This document shows positions 8,725 to 19,600 of a stretch of 37,951 nt of DNA, one piece after another. Source of the stretch: Chrysochromulina tobinii (lineage: Eukaryota); assembly GCA_001275005.1 (NCBI GenBank), contig JWZX01002472.1, positions 1-37,951 of the forward strand, read 5' to 3'. The stretch's first letter is position 1, and every line of letters starts with the position of its first letter. The translations under genes were made by a program, and so were the position numbers. The notes under the pieces are model-generated. The model was not told the DNA's origin, ran no database searches, and saw only the letters and a list, made by a program, of their open reading frames with translations.

Positions 8725-10347
8725 ATGTTGCCATGGAGCTTGCTGAGCACCATCGCCGTCGCAGCCGTCCTGCTGCGCCCGACCGTAATGCCCGCGACCG
8801 TAATGCCCGCGATCGCTGCCAGCAGCGCCCGCATGAGCGCACCGTCCGCTTCGGCACCCGACGATGCCGCAGAAGCGCTCGCGCTCTACCAGCGGCTGAA
8901 GCAAGACGCCGAGGACACGCCGCTCGGCCGCGCGCTCAAGCGCGTGCTGGGCGTGTGCCGCGACGCGCTGCGCCTGTACGGCCCGGATGGCGTCGTCGTG
9001 TCGTTCAACGGCGGCCAGGATGCCGTCGTCATGTGTGCCGATCTGCTGCTCTGCCCTGCGGCCACAGGCTACATGACCAACTCGCGGTTCTCGACGTTCA
9101 AGTTCGTGGACGACGCATGCCCTCCACAGCGGCTCCTCAGCAAGCGCCTTGTACCCGACGCGCTCGTCCCCGATGGCGCTCACGACGGCGCTCACGACTA
9201 CGATTCGGTCGTTGCATCGCTGACAGTGCAAGTGCCGGGACAGGTACGGGCACCGTCACCAGTGCGTGTGCCTACCCGTACGGCGGGTTCGGGGCCGAGG
9301 ATGAGTGCGGCGGAGCCCGCAGTGCCTGTAGAGCCCTGGACGCTGTGCGTGGACGACGCTGAGCTCGGTGCGGTCCTGCGCGTGGCGGAGGAGGCGGGTC
9401 GTGCCGCTGCGACCATGGTCAAGGCGCGGCTTGGCGCGGACGTGGTGAAGACAAAGGCTTCGCGAGGGGACCTGCTGACTGAGGTGGATGGCGCAGCGGA
9501 GCGGCTGATTGAAGCGCGCGTGCGCGCAGCCTTCCCGACACACGCGTTCCTTGGAGAGGAATCCGTGGCGGCGGGGGCCAAGGCGAGCGCCGAGGCCATC
9601 GCCGCTGCGATGGACGCGGCATTCGATGGCATGGGTGGCGGCGCTGCCTCTGAGGCGCAGAGCTCTGGATCTGGATCTGGATCTGTATCAGCATCGACCT
9701 CCAGCGCGCCGGGCGATGACTGGCTCTGGATTGTCGACCCAATCGACGGCACGACGAACTTTGTGCAGTCCCTCCCGATCGTGGGCATTTCGATTGGGGT
9801 GGCCCGACGGCGACGTGGGGGTAGCCGCGACCCCACAGTCGGCGGCGGCGGCGGCGGCGGCGCGGGCGTATGGGAGATGGCCGCAGGCGTCATCGTCGAT
9901 CCCTTCAAGGGAGAGGTCTTCTCTACCGCCGCCCGATACGGCGCCTTCCTCGATGGCGTACCGATCCGAGTGAGCACAGAGCGCCTCGCCGACGCCGTCG
10001 TGGCCACCGGCTTCGCCCCCAATCAGGCCAGCTTGCGCCCGATGGCGCGCGGCATCGTGGCGGTGGGCGCGCGCGCACGCACCGTCCGTATGCTCGGCTC
10101 GGCGGCCATCATGCTTGCGTGGGTGGCGTGCGGACGTCTCTCCGCGTACTTCGAGGCTGATCTGAACGCGTGGGACACGGCGGCGGGCGTACTGCTCGTG
10201 AGGGAGGCGGGCGGGCTCGTGACCGAGCTCTCCGGCGCACCGTTTGGGATTGCGAGCCGACCGTTACTTGCCGCGAATGCGGCGGCTCACGCCGAGCTGC
10301 GCGACACGCTCGTCGAGGCGAATGTGATCGGGCTCGACCCCGAGTGA
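8725..10347 (+). CDS. Inositol monophosphatase family protein with N-terminal signal and an FAD-synthase/PAPS-reductase-like fragment
   Basis: IMPase motifs LLTEVDGAAE, FLGEE, WIVDPIDGTTNF, RMLGSAA and WDTAAG; N-terminal DALRLYGPDGVVVSFNGGQDAVV resembles the SFNGGKD PP-loop of FAD synthase. Confidence 0.88.
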   Translation: MLPWSLLSTIAVAAVLLRPTVMPATVMPAIAASSARMSAPSASAPDDAAEALALYQRLKQDAEDTPLGRALKRVLGVCRDALRLYGPDGVVVSFNGGQDAVVMCADLLLCPAATGYMTNSRFSTFKFVDDACPPQRLLSKRLVPDALVPDGAHDGAHDYDSVVASLTVQVPGQVRAPSPVRVPTRTAGSGPRMSAAEPAVPVEPWTLCVDDAELGAVLRVAEEAGRAAATMVKARLGADVVKTKASRGDLLTEVDGAAERLIEARVRAAFPTHAFLGEESVAAGAKASAEAIAAAMDAAFDGMGGGAASEAQSSGSGSGSVSASTSSAPGDDWLWIVDPIDGTTNFVQSLPIVGISIGVARRRRGGSRDPTVGGGGGGGAGVWEMAAGVIVDPFKGEVFSTAARYGAFLDGVPIRVSTERLADAVVATGFAPNQASLRPMARGIVAVGARARTVRMLGSAAIMLAWVACGRLSAYFEADLNAWDTAAGVLLVREAGGLVTELSGAPFGIASRPLLAANAAAHAELRDTLVEANVIGLDPE

Positions 10348-10570
10348 GTGAGTGAGTGAATGACACTATGACAGATCGGGCTCGATCCCCCCGCCTCCGC
10401 TTCGTTACGTGTGAGGATGGCTGACGGGAGCGGACGTGCTGGTCGAGGATAAATTTTTAGAACTCTCAGAGCGAACCCTGTTCACAGTCAATTCACACGA
10501 CCGCGGTCGCCCCCCGAAAGACAACCTTGCGCCGTGCGCGCGCGCACTCGAGGTGCATTAGCGTGCAGGC

Positions 10571-10795
10571 ATGGAATTCGATAGCTATACAGTCATTATC
10601 GGTACGATCGTTGGAGGCCTCATCGCCCTCATCGCGTTCATGGCTTTGCCACAGCCAGAGAAGAAGAAGAAGTCAACGGGCGGCGGTGGTCTCAAGCCGC
10701 GAGGTCAGTATTGGCCTTCTGACGCCGGTCTCCCGAGCATTCGTCTGACCGTGTGGCTCGATTCGTGCGACGCAGAGGATCTCTACACGCAATAG
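10571..10795 (+). CDS. Small single-pass membrane protein (50 aa if intron 10704-10775 is spliced)
   Basis: MEFDSY, then hydrophobic TVIIGTIVGGLIALIAFMALP, then basic EKKKKS; 72-nt GTCAGT...CGCAG intron candidate gives ...LKPREDLYTQ*. Confidence 0.6.
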   Translation: MEFDSYTVIIGTIVGGLIALIAFMALPQPEKKKKSTGGGGLKPRGQYWPSDAGLPSIRLTVWLDSCDAEDLYTQ

Positions 10796-11469
10796 TTCAG
10801 GGGATGCGCAACAGTCGAGACTTGCGGTTGGATCAGACGCAACTCAGTTGCAGCAGCAAATTGATGCCCGCTGTCGGGTGGTGGCAAGCGGCTTTCTGCG
10901 GACATCGTAATTGGTACCGCTTTGAAGCGCAAGTCTTAGTACTTCAACCCGGCGCGGCCGCGCTCTAGGGACTTTACTGGACAATGTGTAGCCGTGTTCC
11001 GATCTTCCCGGTGCACAGCTGAACGCACATGTAGCGTCTATAAACGGCTTTTTAAGCCGCTGAAGCCGCTGAAGCCGCGGTAAAGCTCAAGCTTCACTGG
11101 CATTTGGCTTTTCTGTTTCCAACGGTACACTCAGTCAACGGTCACTCAGTATCGGTAAAGTATCGTCACGTGTACACTGAACACTAACCGTTACGAAGGC
11201 CCCGGGGAACCTTGCGGGGAACATATTCCAACAGACCATCCAATGCACATGCCAATGCACGAGGTTTGCAGTTTGCACACCGTACTTTGTTGTAGGCACC
11301 GCCCCAGGCGCGCGCCGACACAGACGGAACACTCGCATCAGCGCGTGCTCTTCGACATGCGCCATCCCTCATGCTGCAGGCTCTAGCCGCCCTGTTCCTC
11401 GCGCAGGAGACCTCCCGCCACGTAGCTCGCTCTGGCGCAGATCGCGCTCCCACCTGGGTTCCGCTCGCC

Positions 11470-11602
11470 TGCTGGGGTAAGTAGGGGTGGGCCACCCTAA
11501 TATGGTTAGTAGGGTTGGCCCACCCTAATATGGTAAGTAGGGGTGCGCCACACCCCTAATATGGGTACCGCTCGTGCGCCTCTCAGAGTTGCCTAATTTG
11601 GG
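11470..11602. repeat. Cluster of CCTAATATGG-containing short tandem duplications
   Basis: cctaatatgg at 11496, 11524 and 11555 and cctaatttgg at 11592, within ~28-31-bp units (taagtaggggtgggccacc...). Confidence 0.85.
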
Positions 11603-11621
11603 ACACGAGTTAGAGACATCT

Positions 11622-12535
11622 CTAACTCGACGTAGCAAACCTGCCCAGATTGAGGTCGTCAGTCAGCTTCAGAAAGGCTTCGAACGAGAACTCTTTCTTG
11701 CCGCCCACGTCCTTGTCAGCGTAGCCGAGCATGCGCGCCCAGTGCTCCGCGTAGTCTGCGCGCTCGGACGTTGGCGTGCTATCCATGGCCGTCTTGAGCT
11801 CCTTCTCGTCGAGGAAGCCGCTGCCGTCCGTATCGATCTGCTCGAAGAGAGCGGAGCGTCCATGAGAGGCCATGAGAGGCCATGAGAGGCCATCAGTGGC
11901 CATCAGTGGCAATCAGTGGCCATCGACCTTGTTGAAGAGAGCCCGAATTTCCTCGTCTGACTTTTGGACATCCTCGATTAGGGCGCCGGTCTTGACCGCC
12001 AAGATCAGCTTGCGGAACGCATCCTCATCCAGCTCCTTGCCGTCCTTGAAATCCTTCCGCGTGTACTTTGGGATCGATTTGCGTAGCTGCGGCGGGCGGC
12101 GGGCAGCGGCGGGCAGCACACACACGACGCGCTCGGTGGCACGAGAAGCGGCGGAGATCTCACCGCGAAGATGAGAGAGGCGCGCGCGCGCTGAGTGCCG
12201 GCGTACGACACGGGGCACAGGCTGAGGTGGCCGGCGGTAGCACGCACCACGCGGTCCTCTGGACATATGGTCGCCTTGAGCGACTTGATCGCCTTCTTGA
12301 GCTCCTCGAGCGAAATGCCTCCGCTGTGGTCCTCATCAAACTCCTCAAAGATCTTTTTGATGTCCGCGACCTCCTCAACGTGCATCCCGGAGAATTGTGC
12401 TTCAAGGTCGCGCGACTTGCGGCGCGCCTTTTGGCCCGCTTCGTTCAGCTTTGCGGAAGCCTCTGTAGCGTCCGCCGTAGCGCTGGCGGCCGCCGCAGCC
12501 ATGCTGTTCAGTTGGTCTGCGAGCACAGTAGGCAT
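11622..12535 (-). CDS. EF-hand calcium-binding protein; exons 12535-12248, 12086-11928, 11837-11622
   Basis: EF-hands FDEDHSGGISLEEL and IDTDGSGFLDEKEL plus degenerate ADKDVGGKKEFSFEAF; both GT-AG introns (12247-12087, 11927-11838) splice in frame. A further 3' exon near 11350-11470 is possible. Confidence 0.85.
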
Positions 12536-12830
12536 GATCCATGAGCGCGCGGGTGCGGCACGCACGGCCACACGAGTGCCTTCAACCCGCGTTGCGCACC
12601 CATCAGCGAAGGAGGCATTGCTCGTCCCCTATTGAGCGCCCCATTTCCTGCGCAAGCCTACGAGAGTCTGTGAAACAGCCAGCCACAAGAAGAGGCTTGT
12701 CTGTGAAATCTTAGGAGGATCAACTCTGTACGTAGACGTCTGGCGTGATACATACCATCGCGAAAAAGACGGCTGCGGAATCACGCGTACGCGCCGAGGC
12801 ACTCTGGAAATACCGTCCGGACTGCCCACG

Positions 12831-14003
12831 ATGGTGGGCAACACCGCTGTGGCTGCGGCCCTCGACCGGCTCGCGGCGACGGTGCGCGAGCAGCATCAGA
12901 GCATGGCTGAGCAGTACTCGGGCTTGCGCGGCGATCTCGAGCACTTCGGCAAGCCGCTGCCGGCGGCAGCACCAAAAGTCGGCACCGCAGAGCATCTCGT
13001 CGCTGCGGAGGCGGCAGCACGGCGGCTGGCCGAGCGACGTTTGCGCGAAGCAGCTGCAGACGCCTCCGCGCGCGAGCAGACGATCCAGGAGCTTCGAGAG
13101 ACGCTCGAGCGCACCAAGCTCGACGCGGCCGAGGAGCTCCGCAGGTTGACCTTCCAGCTGAGGCTCACGCAGGACGAGCTGGCGGATGCGAAGCGGCAGC
13201 TGGACGAGCAAGCAGACGAGATGGTGGTGCTCAGGCAGCGCGAGGGCGAGGCGAACCGTGCTGCCGAAGCCGCCAAGGACGACCTCGAGGCGCTGAGCGA
13301 GACGATGTCGACCGCGGCGGCACAAGAGGCGAGGCTCCGGGCCAAGTTGGAACAGCGAGATGCGGAGCTCGCGTCTCGAGATGCGGAGCTCGCGTCTCGA
13401 GATGCGGAGCTCGCGGAGCTCGCCGCGGCGCTGGAGAGCGAGCGCCAGGCCTCTGCTCGGCCGTCGCTGTCGGCTTCGCTGCGCAGCGAAGTGTCCGACG
13501 TGGACACGTCCGCCTCCGCCTCGGTGGCGGGCGAGCCGAGCGTCGTCTCGGGCAAGCCGAAACGCAAGGCGAGGCTGGGGCTGCCGTCGCTGATGAGGCG
13601 CCGGCCGAGCGCATCCGCCGCCGCGCCCGCCACAGCGCTCGCCGCCGCGACGGCGACGGCGGCGACGACGGCGACGATCGCGGGCGCGGGCGCAGCCGCG
13701 TCAGCGGCGGCGGCGGTGACGGCGGCGGTGACAGCGTCGGTGGCGGCGGTGGATCCTCGACTGGATGCACTGATGGCCAAGGTGGCGGCGGAGCCGAGCT
13801 TGGTCGGCACGACACGCTCCGATGCGGCGCGGGTGCTGGCGGAGCAGGGGGGGCACGTAGGGAAGGCGTTCAACGAGCTCCAGCTGGTCGATCGCCTCGA
13901 CCAGGCGTTCCACAAGGCACCCAGCGGCGGGCTAGCGACCGCCTCAGCCACCGCGAAGGCTGCGAGTCGGTTCAGCTTTGGGCTGGGCAAGGGCAAGAAG
14001 TGA
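12831..14003 (+). CDS. Coiled-coil protein with possible C-terminal UBA-like helical domain
   Basis: Long E/R/A/L heptad region; 21-bp repeat encoding RDAELAS x3; C-terminal RSDAARVLAEQGGHVGKAFNEL. Confidence 0.7.
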   Translation: MVGNTAVAAALDRLAATVREQHQSMAEQYSGLRGDLEHFGKPLPAAAPKVGTAEHLVAAEAAARRLAERRLREAAADASAREQTIQELRETLERTKLDAAEELRRLTFQLRLTQDELADAKRQLDEQADEMVVLRQREGEANRAAEAAKDDLEALSETMSTAAAQEARLRAKLEQRDAELASRDAELASRDAELAELAAALESERQASARPSLSASLRSEVSDVDTSASASVAGEPSVVSGKPKRKARLGLPSLMRRRPSASAAAPATALAAATATAATTATIAGAGAAASAAAAVTAAVTASVAAVDPRLDALMAKVAAEPSLVGTTRSDAARVLAEQGGHVGKAFNELQLVDRLDQAFHKAPSGGLATASATAKAASRFSFGLGKGKK

Positions 14004-14232
14004 GGGGTGCGTCCGGCCAGCTTGTAAAAGCAGCTTGTGGGGGTATGCGCATTTCGTCTCTATCTTTTGTTCTCCGTCTGTCGTTCTTATTTGATCGGTG
14101 GTCGTATCGCGTTGCCTAACGCCGGAACGTTGCTTCGCGCCAAACATGACGAAACTCAGACCGAAACCGTCGTGAGCGAGATGATGAGGGACTGCGAGTG
14201 CCGAGAGAGCCGACCGACCAGGGCCCCGCGGC

Positions 14233-16102
14233 ATGCTACGGCTGTCTGAGGGAGGGGCGCGACGTCTGGCCTCTATACATCATCACGTCATTGTCGCCCT
14301 CTTGGTGCAGCTCCCCGTGGTCGCGGGGCTAGCTCTTGGTCCGGCCATGCGGCATGTGAACATGGTTCGGCCCGTTCTGGCCCCTCGCATCGTGCCGCCT
14401 GTGGCCAAGGTTGCGCAATGGCAGCATGCTGAGCTTGCCTACGAGCTGCTGCACGAGCGCGTGCAGGCGTCTCGCGTCGGGCCGCTAGTCCATTCAGCGC
14501 TGAAACTCCTCCAAGATGTCAGTTGGCACTGGAGTGACTGGGTGAAGCCACTCGCCGAGTCGCTCTGGCAGCCGCTCGACATTGCGACCATCGTGGGCGT
14601 CTGGGCACTGCGAGGGCCAGCCTCGCGCCTCGCGCACAGCATGGCCAGCGACATTGCGCCCGCCGAGTGGAAGGGCCCCTATGAGGAATCGATCTTCCCG
14701 GTGCTCGCGGAGGTCGCACTCCAGTTTGCCAGGCTCTTCTTCGTGCTGCTCCTCGCGGATGCGGCATGCTGGACGCTCTCGTGCACCAAATTGATGTCCA
14801 AGATTGTCGCGGGCGAGATCCCGACCGTGCTCGACACGGTCGGCTACTCGTTCCTCTCTGGCTTCCTCTTCACGCGCGTCAAGACCCATCTGGTCCGCAA
14901 GTCAGCTGGCTCGAGTGCCGCTGAGAAGCTCAAAGGAATCCCCGCGACGCTCGATCGGCTCTGGGGCGCTCTGATCTGGTTCTTCGCGGGCGCGGGCTGC
15001 GCCCAGGTGCTCTCAGTCGAGCTCGGCTTCCGTCTCAAGTCAGTCCTAGCCCTCGGAGGCTTTTCTTCCATTGTCGTCGGCCTCGCGTGCCAGACGCCCC
15101 TCGCCAACGTTGTCAAGGGACTCATCATCGCAGCGAGTGGCTCCTTCGGCACCGGCGACAAGATCGCAAGCGCTGGCATGACGGGGGTCGTCGAGGACTT
15201 TGGGTGCGTGCGACTTTGCGCCTGATTGCACCAGGATGGCACCGGAATGCACCCGATTCAGAGGGCTCCGCACCTGATGTGGCACCTGATTATGGCATCT
15301 GATGTGGCATCTGATGTGGCATCTGATTGCACTCGCCTGTCTGAGTGCTCTGCATCTGTGCCCGGGCGCATCAGGTGGTACCAGAGCCGACTGCGCACGG
15401 AAGAGAACGATCTCGTCACACTGCCCAATAGCCTGCTTGCCGAGAAGCAGGTGATTGCCACTGATTGCCTTTGCTTGCCTCTGAACGCATCTGATTTTAT
15501 CTGATTGTGTATCGGTTTGCATCCGATTGCATTCGATTGTATCTGATTGTATCTTTTATCTGATTGCATCTCCGATCGGCAGATTGTCAACCTCTCGCGT
15601 CGGACGGCGAAGAAGGAGGTGGTGAGGCTCCGACTCAAGTACGATGATCTGGCAAAGATCCCGCAGGTGATTGCAACTGATCCGAGTGCACCGGAGTGCA
15701 CCGGAGTGCACCGGAGTGCACCGGAGTGCACCGGAGCGCACCGGAGTGCCTCTGATTTCAACCGATGGCATCCGATGGCCCCTGAGTGCTCCTGAGTGCG
15801 CCTGATTGCAGTTGATCAGCCAGATCCGCGAAGTCGTGGCGAGGATGCCCAATCTCGCTCCGGGGAAGCCGGGGGAGGCGTACCTGGTCGATTACGGCAA
15901 GAGCTCGATTGAGCTCGAGGCCTCCATCAACGTGGCCACGACGGCGCCGAACAAGCAGATCCGGCAGGACTTCCTAATCGAGATCGCGAAGGTGCTCGCA
16001 CGGACGGGGGTGCGCTTCGAGAAGCAGAGCGGTGGCAGCGGCGGCGAGCTCGGCGGCGGCGGCGAGGAGGACGAGGAGGACGAGGAGGACGAGGAGGACT
16101 GA
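14233..16102 (+). CDS. MscS-family mechanosensitive channel; exons 14233-15203, 15375-15450, 15583-15666, 15812-16102
   Basis: TM3-like VLALGGFSSIVVGLACQTPLANVVKGL; beta domain FGTGDKI...GVVEDFG|WYQSRLRT...VTLPNSLL...|IVNLSRR; acidic tail. Three GT-AG introns restore the frame. Confidence 0.9.
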
Positions 16103-16613
16103 AGAAGAAAGAAGAGCGTTCAGTAGAGGGAAGGGGCATCATACAGTATCCACATACGCTTCAGAGTTGCGGCACGGGGGCAGCCGAGCGAGCAGGGGGC
16201 AGCGAGCAGAACAAACTAAATGGGCGCCGGGCGCTTTTCGCTTCGCACGGCTTTAGGCCTGCTGGTGGCCCGCTTTATAACATTCAGGTGGCCGTTGATA
16301 CCGTCATCCCACGCAGCGGGCGAGGGTGGCACTGGCAGCGCCGCTGCTTCCTGCATTCTTTGTGGTAAGTCGTAAGTGGTGTGGTTACGAAGTGTGGACC
16401 TGACTAGAGGACGGGACCTGACGGTCCGCACCGCTGTGCGAAAGGGAAACCGGAAAGCCGGGGAGCAGCTAAACCGTTTTAGTTAATCCGCACCGCACGT
16501 CTGGTCTCTCATAGGTTGGTACGTGCGGTACCGTACAGCCGGTATTCTATTAATCTGAAATGAATTATGAGAGACATCGCATAGCTGTCATCTCGTGGAG
16601 CAGATCTCGTCGC

Positions 16614-19600
16614 TCATCGGCGCCTAGCCGCTCGGGCTGCCTTGAGCTGGCGCGCATGCCAGGCCTTGGCGACCTCATCGGACCGGTGGGCAAGCACCTG
16701 TGCACGATGAGATGCAATCAGATCCAGTCAGGGAGGTCATCAGGGAGGCTATCAGGGAGGCCGTAAAGATGCCATCAGGGCTCATCAACCCACCTGCACG
16801 ATCTGTGGAAGCGTCCACACGTCACCTCGCGCCGTGGTGAGCACGCCACCTCGCGCCTCGGCCACGTCCAATGTGCTCACTACGGCGCGCTCACTACGGC
16901 GCGCCTCGGCCACGTCCCACGTGCCGATCACAGGCCACGCGCCGTGCTGGGCAAGCGGTGCGCCCAGCGCCTCCACCTCCCGAAAGGCGGGGGCGCGCGC
17001 GCCGTGCTGGGCGCGAGGGGTGGCACCGCTCGCGACAGCGCCCCCGCTCGTTCCGGCGGCGGCGGCGGCGGCGGCGGCGCGTACGCTCTCGTGGTCTTCC
17101 CACAGCTGGAGCAGCGGCTCGCTTGGTGTGCCGAGCAGTCGGAGGAGTGCATGCAACGGCCGGCACACCTCGTCCACTCGCGTCGGAGAGACTCCCTGGG
17201 GCACGGCGCTCGCGTCCTTGGCGATGAAAAAGGCGCGAAGCTGCTGCAGGTCCTGATGGGCACCAACGGCACATCCGGAGGGTCGAAAGTGCGCTGATTG
17301 CAATCAGGGGCTCAATCAGGGGCTCAATCAGGGGCTCAATCAGGGGCTCAATCAGGGGCTCAATCAGTGCGCAATCACCTGATGAACCAACGGCACATCC
17401 GGAGGGTCGAAGGAACGCTCCGGGCCGCTGTGGAGCAGTACGTGCTCGATAGCGTGGCAGCACTCGCGTAGGATGGCGTCTACTAGCCGTTCACGCAGCA
17501 TCGGCTGTGGCGTACTGCGCACGATCGTGCCCAGCGCCGTGTTGAGCGCCTTGAGCACGTCGCGCAGCCGGGCGTCGGCCACCCGGGGCTGGTACAGGTA
17601 GGAGAGCATCGAGGGCTGCGGGGGACGAGTTATCAGGCGGTACTCAGGGAGGCAATCAGCGAGGCAATCAGGGAGGCAATCAGGGGCCATCACGGCCCCC
17701 CTCCGGCACGCCATCAGGCGCCATCAGACGCCATCACAGGATGTACCTGCAAGTCAACAAGGACCACCTTGGCGCCGAGCAGCTCGCACACGCGCTCGAG
17801 GCACACCAGCTGCGCCTGACGCGCCCTCGCAAAGCACGCCGTCGTTGGCGCCGTCATGGGCGAATCCCCTCCGACGCCCCCCCCGGTGCCCCCCCCGACG
17901 CCCCCCCCAAGCAGGTGCGCCTGCAGCGGCGTCACGAGCTCCTCGTAGAGGGCCGGTAGAAGCTCCCACACCCGCCCGAGCGACGCGCAGCGCACGAGCA
18001 GCGAGGTCAAGGGGAGATTGCGCGCCGTCTCGAGCACCTTCTCGTCACGGCGCCGGTTGGCAACCTCACTACTGCGCCAGAGTGGCCACTGCGTGCAGCC
18101 AGTGCAATCAGATGCGATCAGATGCAATCAGAGTGGCCACTGCGTGCAGCCAGTGCACTCAGATGCAATCAGAGGCCACCGGTGGCAATCTGTGTCAATC
18201 AGGTGCACTACGATGCAATCACCTGCCGCGTGAGCCATCCGAGCGAACCGCCGCCGACGCCACCAGTGCCGCCGCCAGCGTCCCCCCCGCCCGACTCCGC
18301 CGCCGCCGCCGCCGCTGCTGCTGCCCCCGCCCCCCCCACCAACGCCGGCTCCCGCGCCGACTGGGGGAAGCGCGACAGACGGGAGGAGAGCACTGAGCAC
18401 AGAACCATTCTCCGCGCCGACTCCAGCGACGTTCTGCGCGGACGCACGCACGGCGGCGGCGTCCACTAGATCATGCGTGAGCGCCGCCGCCAAGCCGGCG
18501 AAGGAATCGTCCGTGTGATCGAGGAGGCGACGGAGCCCATTTCGCATGAGCGCGTCAGGCAGCCGCATACGCATCAAGCTTAGGAACGAGGCGCGCACCT
18601 GTGGAAAAGGGGGAAAAGGCGCCGTGGTGAGCACTTGCATGCTCAGCATCAAGCTCAGGAACGAGGCGCGCACTATCTCGAGCAGCTCGTCGACGACGCC
18701 AGAATGGAACGCGCCTCGGTCGGCATCGATCGGCTCCCACCGAAACCCATGGGCCTCGCCTTGGCGCTCGCCACGGCGCCGGATCCGAGCGAGCACTTCG
18801 TCAAAATGAGACTGCTCATTAGCGACCCACGCGTTCACGAGAGGCTCGACGTGCGTGAAGGCCGCCGAGAGCTGCGCGTGCGTCCACAACGGGTGGCGTC
18901 AGTGGGCATCAGCCATCAAGGCAATTAGAAGAGGCAATGACCTGCGCATCCTTCCAGAGTGGCCCATGATGAGGGAGGCAATCATGATGAGGGAGGCAAT
19001 CAGAGGCCATCAAGGCAATTAGAGGAGGCGATGACCTGCGCATCCTTCCAGAGTGGCCCAAAGCGCATGTTCATGCGGCTCATCGCACGCCAGAGCGGCA
19101 GGAACTTTTCAAAGGCGCCGAGTTGCGATCCGCGACGTCGAGCGAAGAGGAGGAGCGCGCGTAGTGCGTGGCTGACCTCCTTGAGGAAGAGCTGATGAGA
19201 GGGGGCAATCAGATGTCATCAGAGGCCATCAGAGGCGGAGCGCGCGCAGTGCGTGGCTGACCTCGATGAAGAAGAGCTGGCGAGGGGGGCAATCAGTGGC
19301 ACTCAGGTGCAGGTCAGGGCCATTACCTGCCCCCACTCAGCCGTGGCGAGCTCGGCGATTTGAGGGGCGTACTGTGCGAAGACCGGATGGAAGAGTGTCG
19401 ACTCGAGCTCGAGCTTCGAGCTCACGGACTGTGTGAGCACGAGTAGCTGATGAGGGGGGCACTCAGTGGCACTCAGTGTGAGCACGAGTAGCTGATGCGG
19501 GGGGCACTCAGTGGCACTCAGTGTGAGCACGAGTAGCTGATGCGGGGGGCACTCAGTGGCACTCAGTGTGAGCACTAGTAGCTGATGCCGTCTCGGGGCA

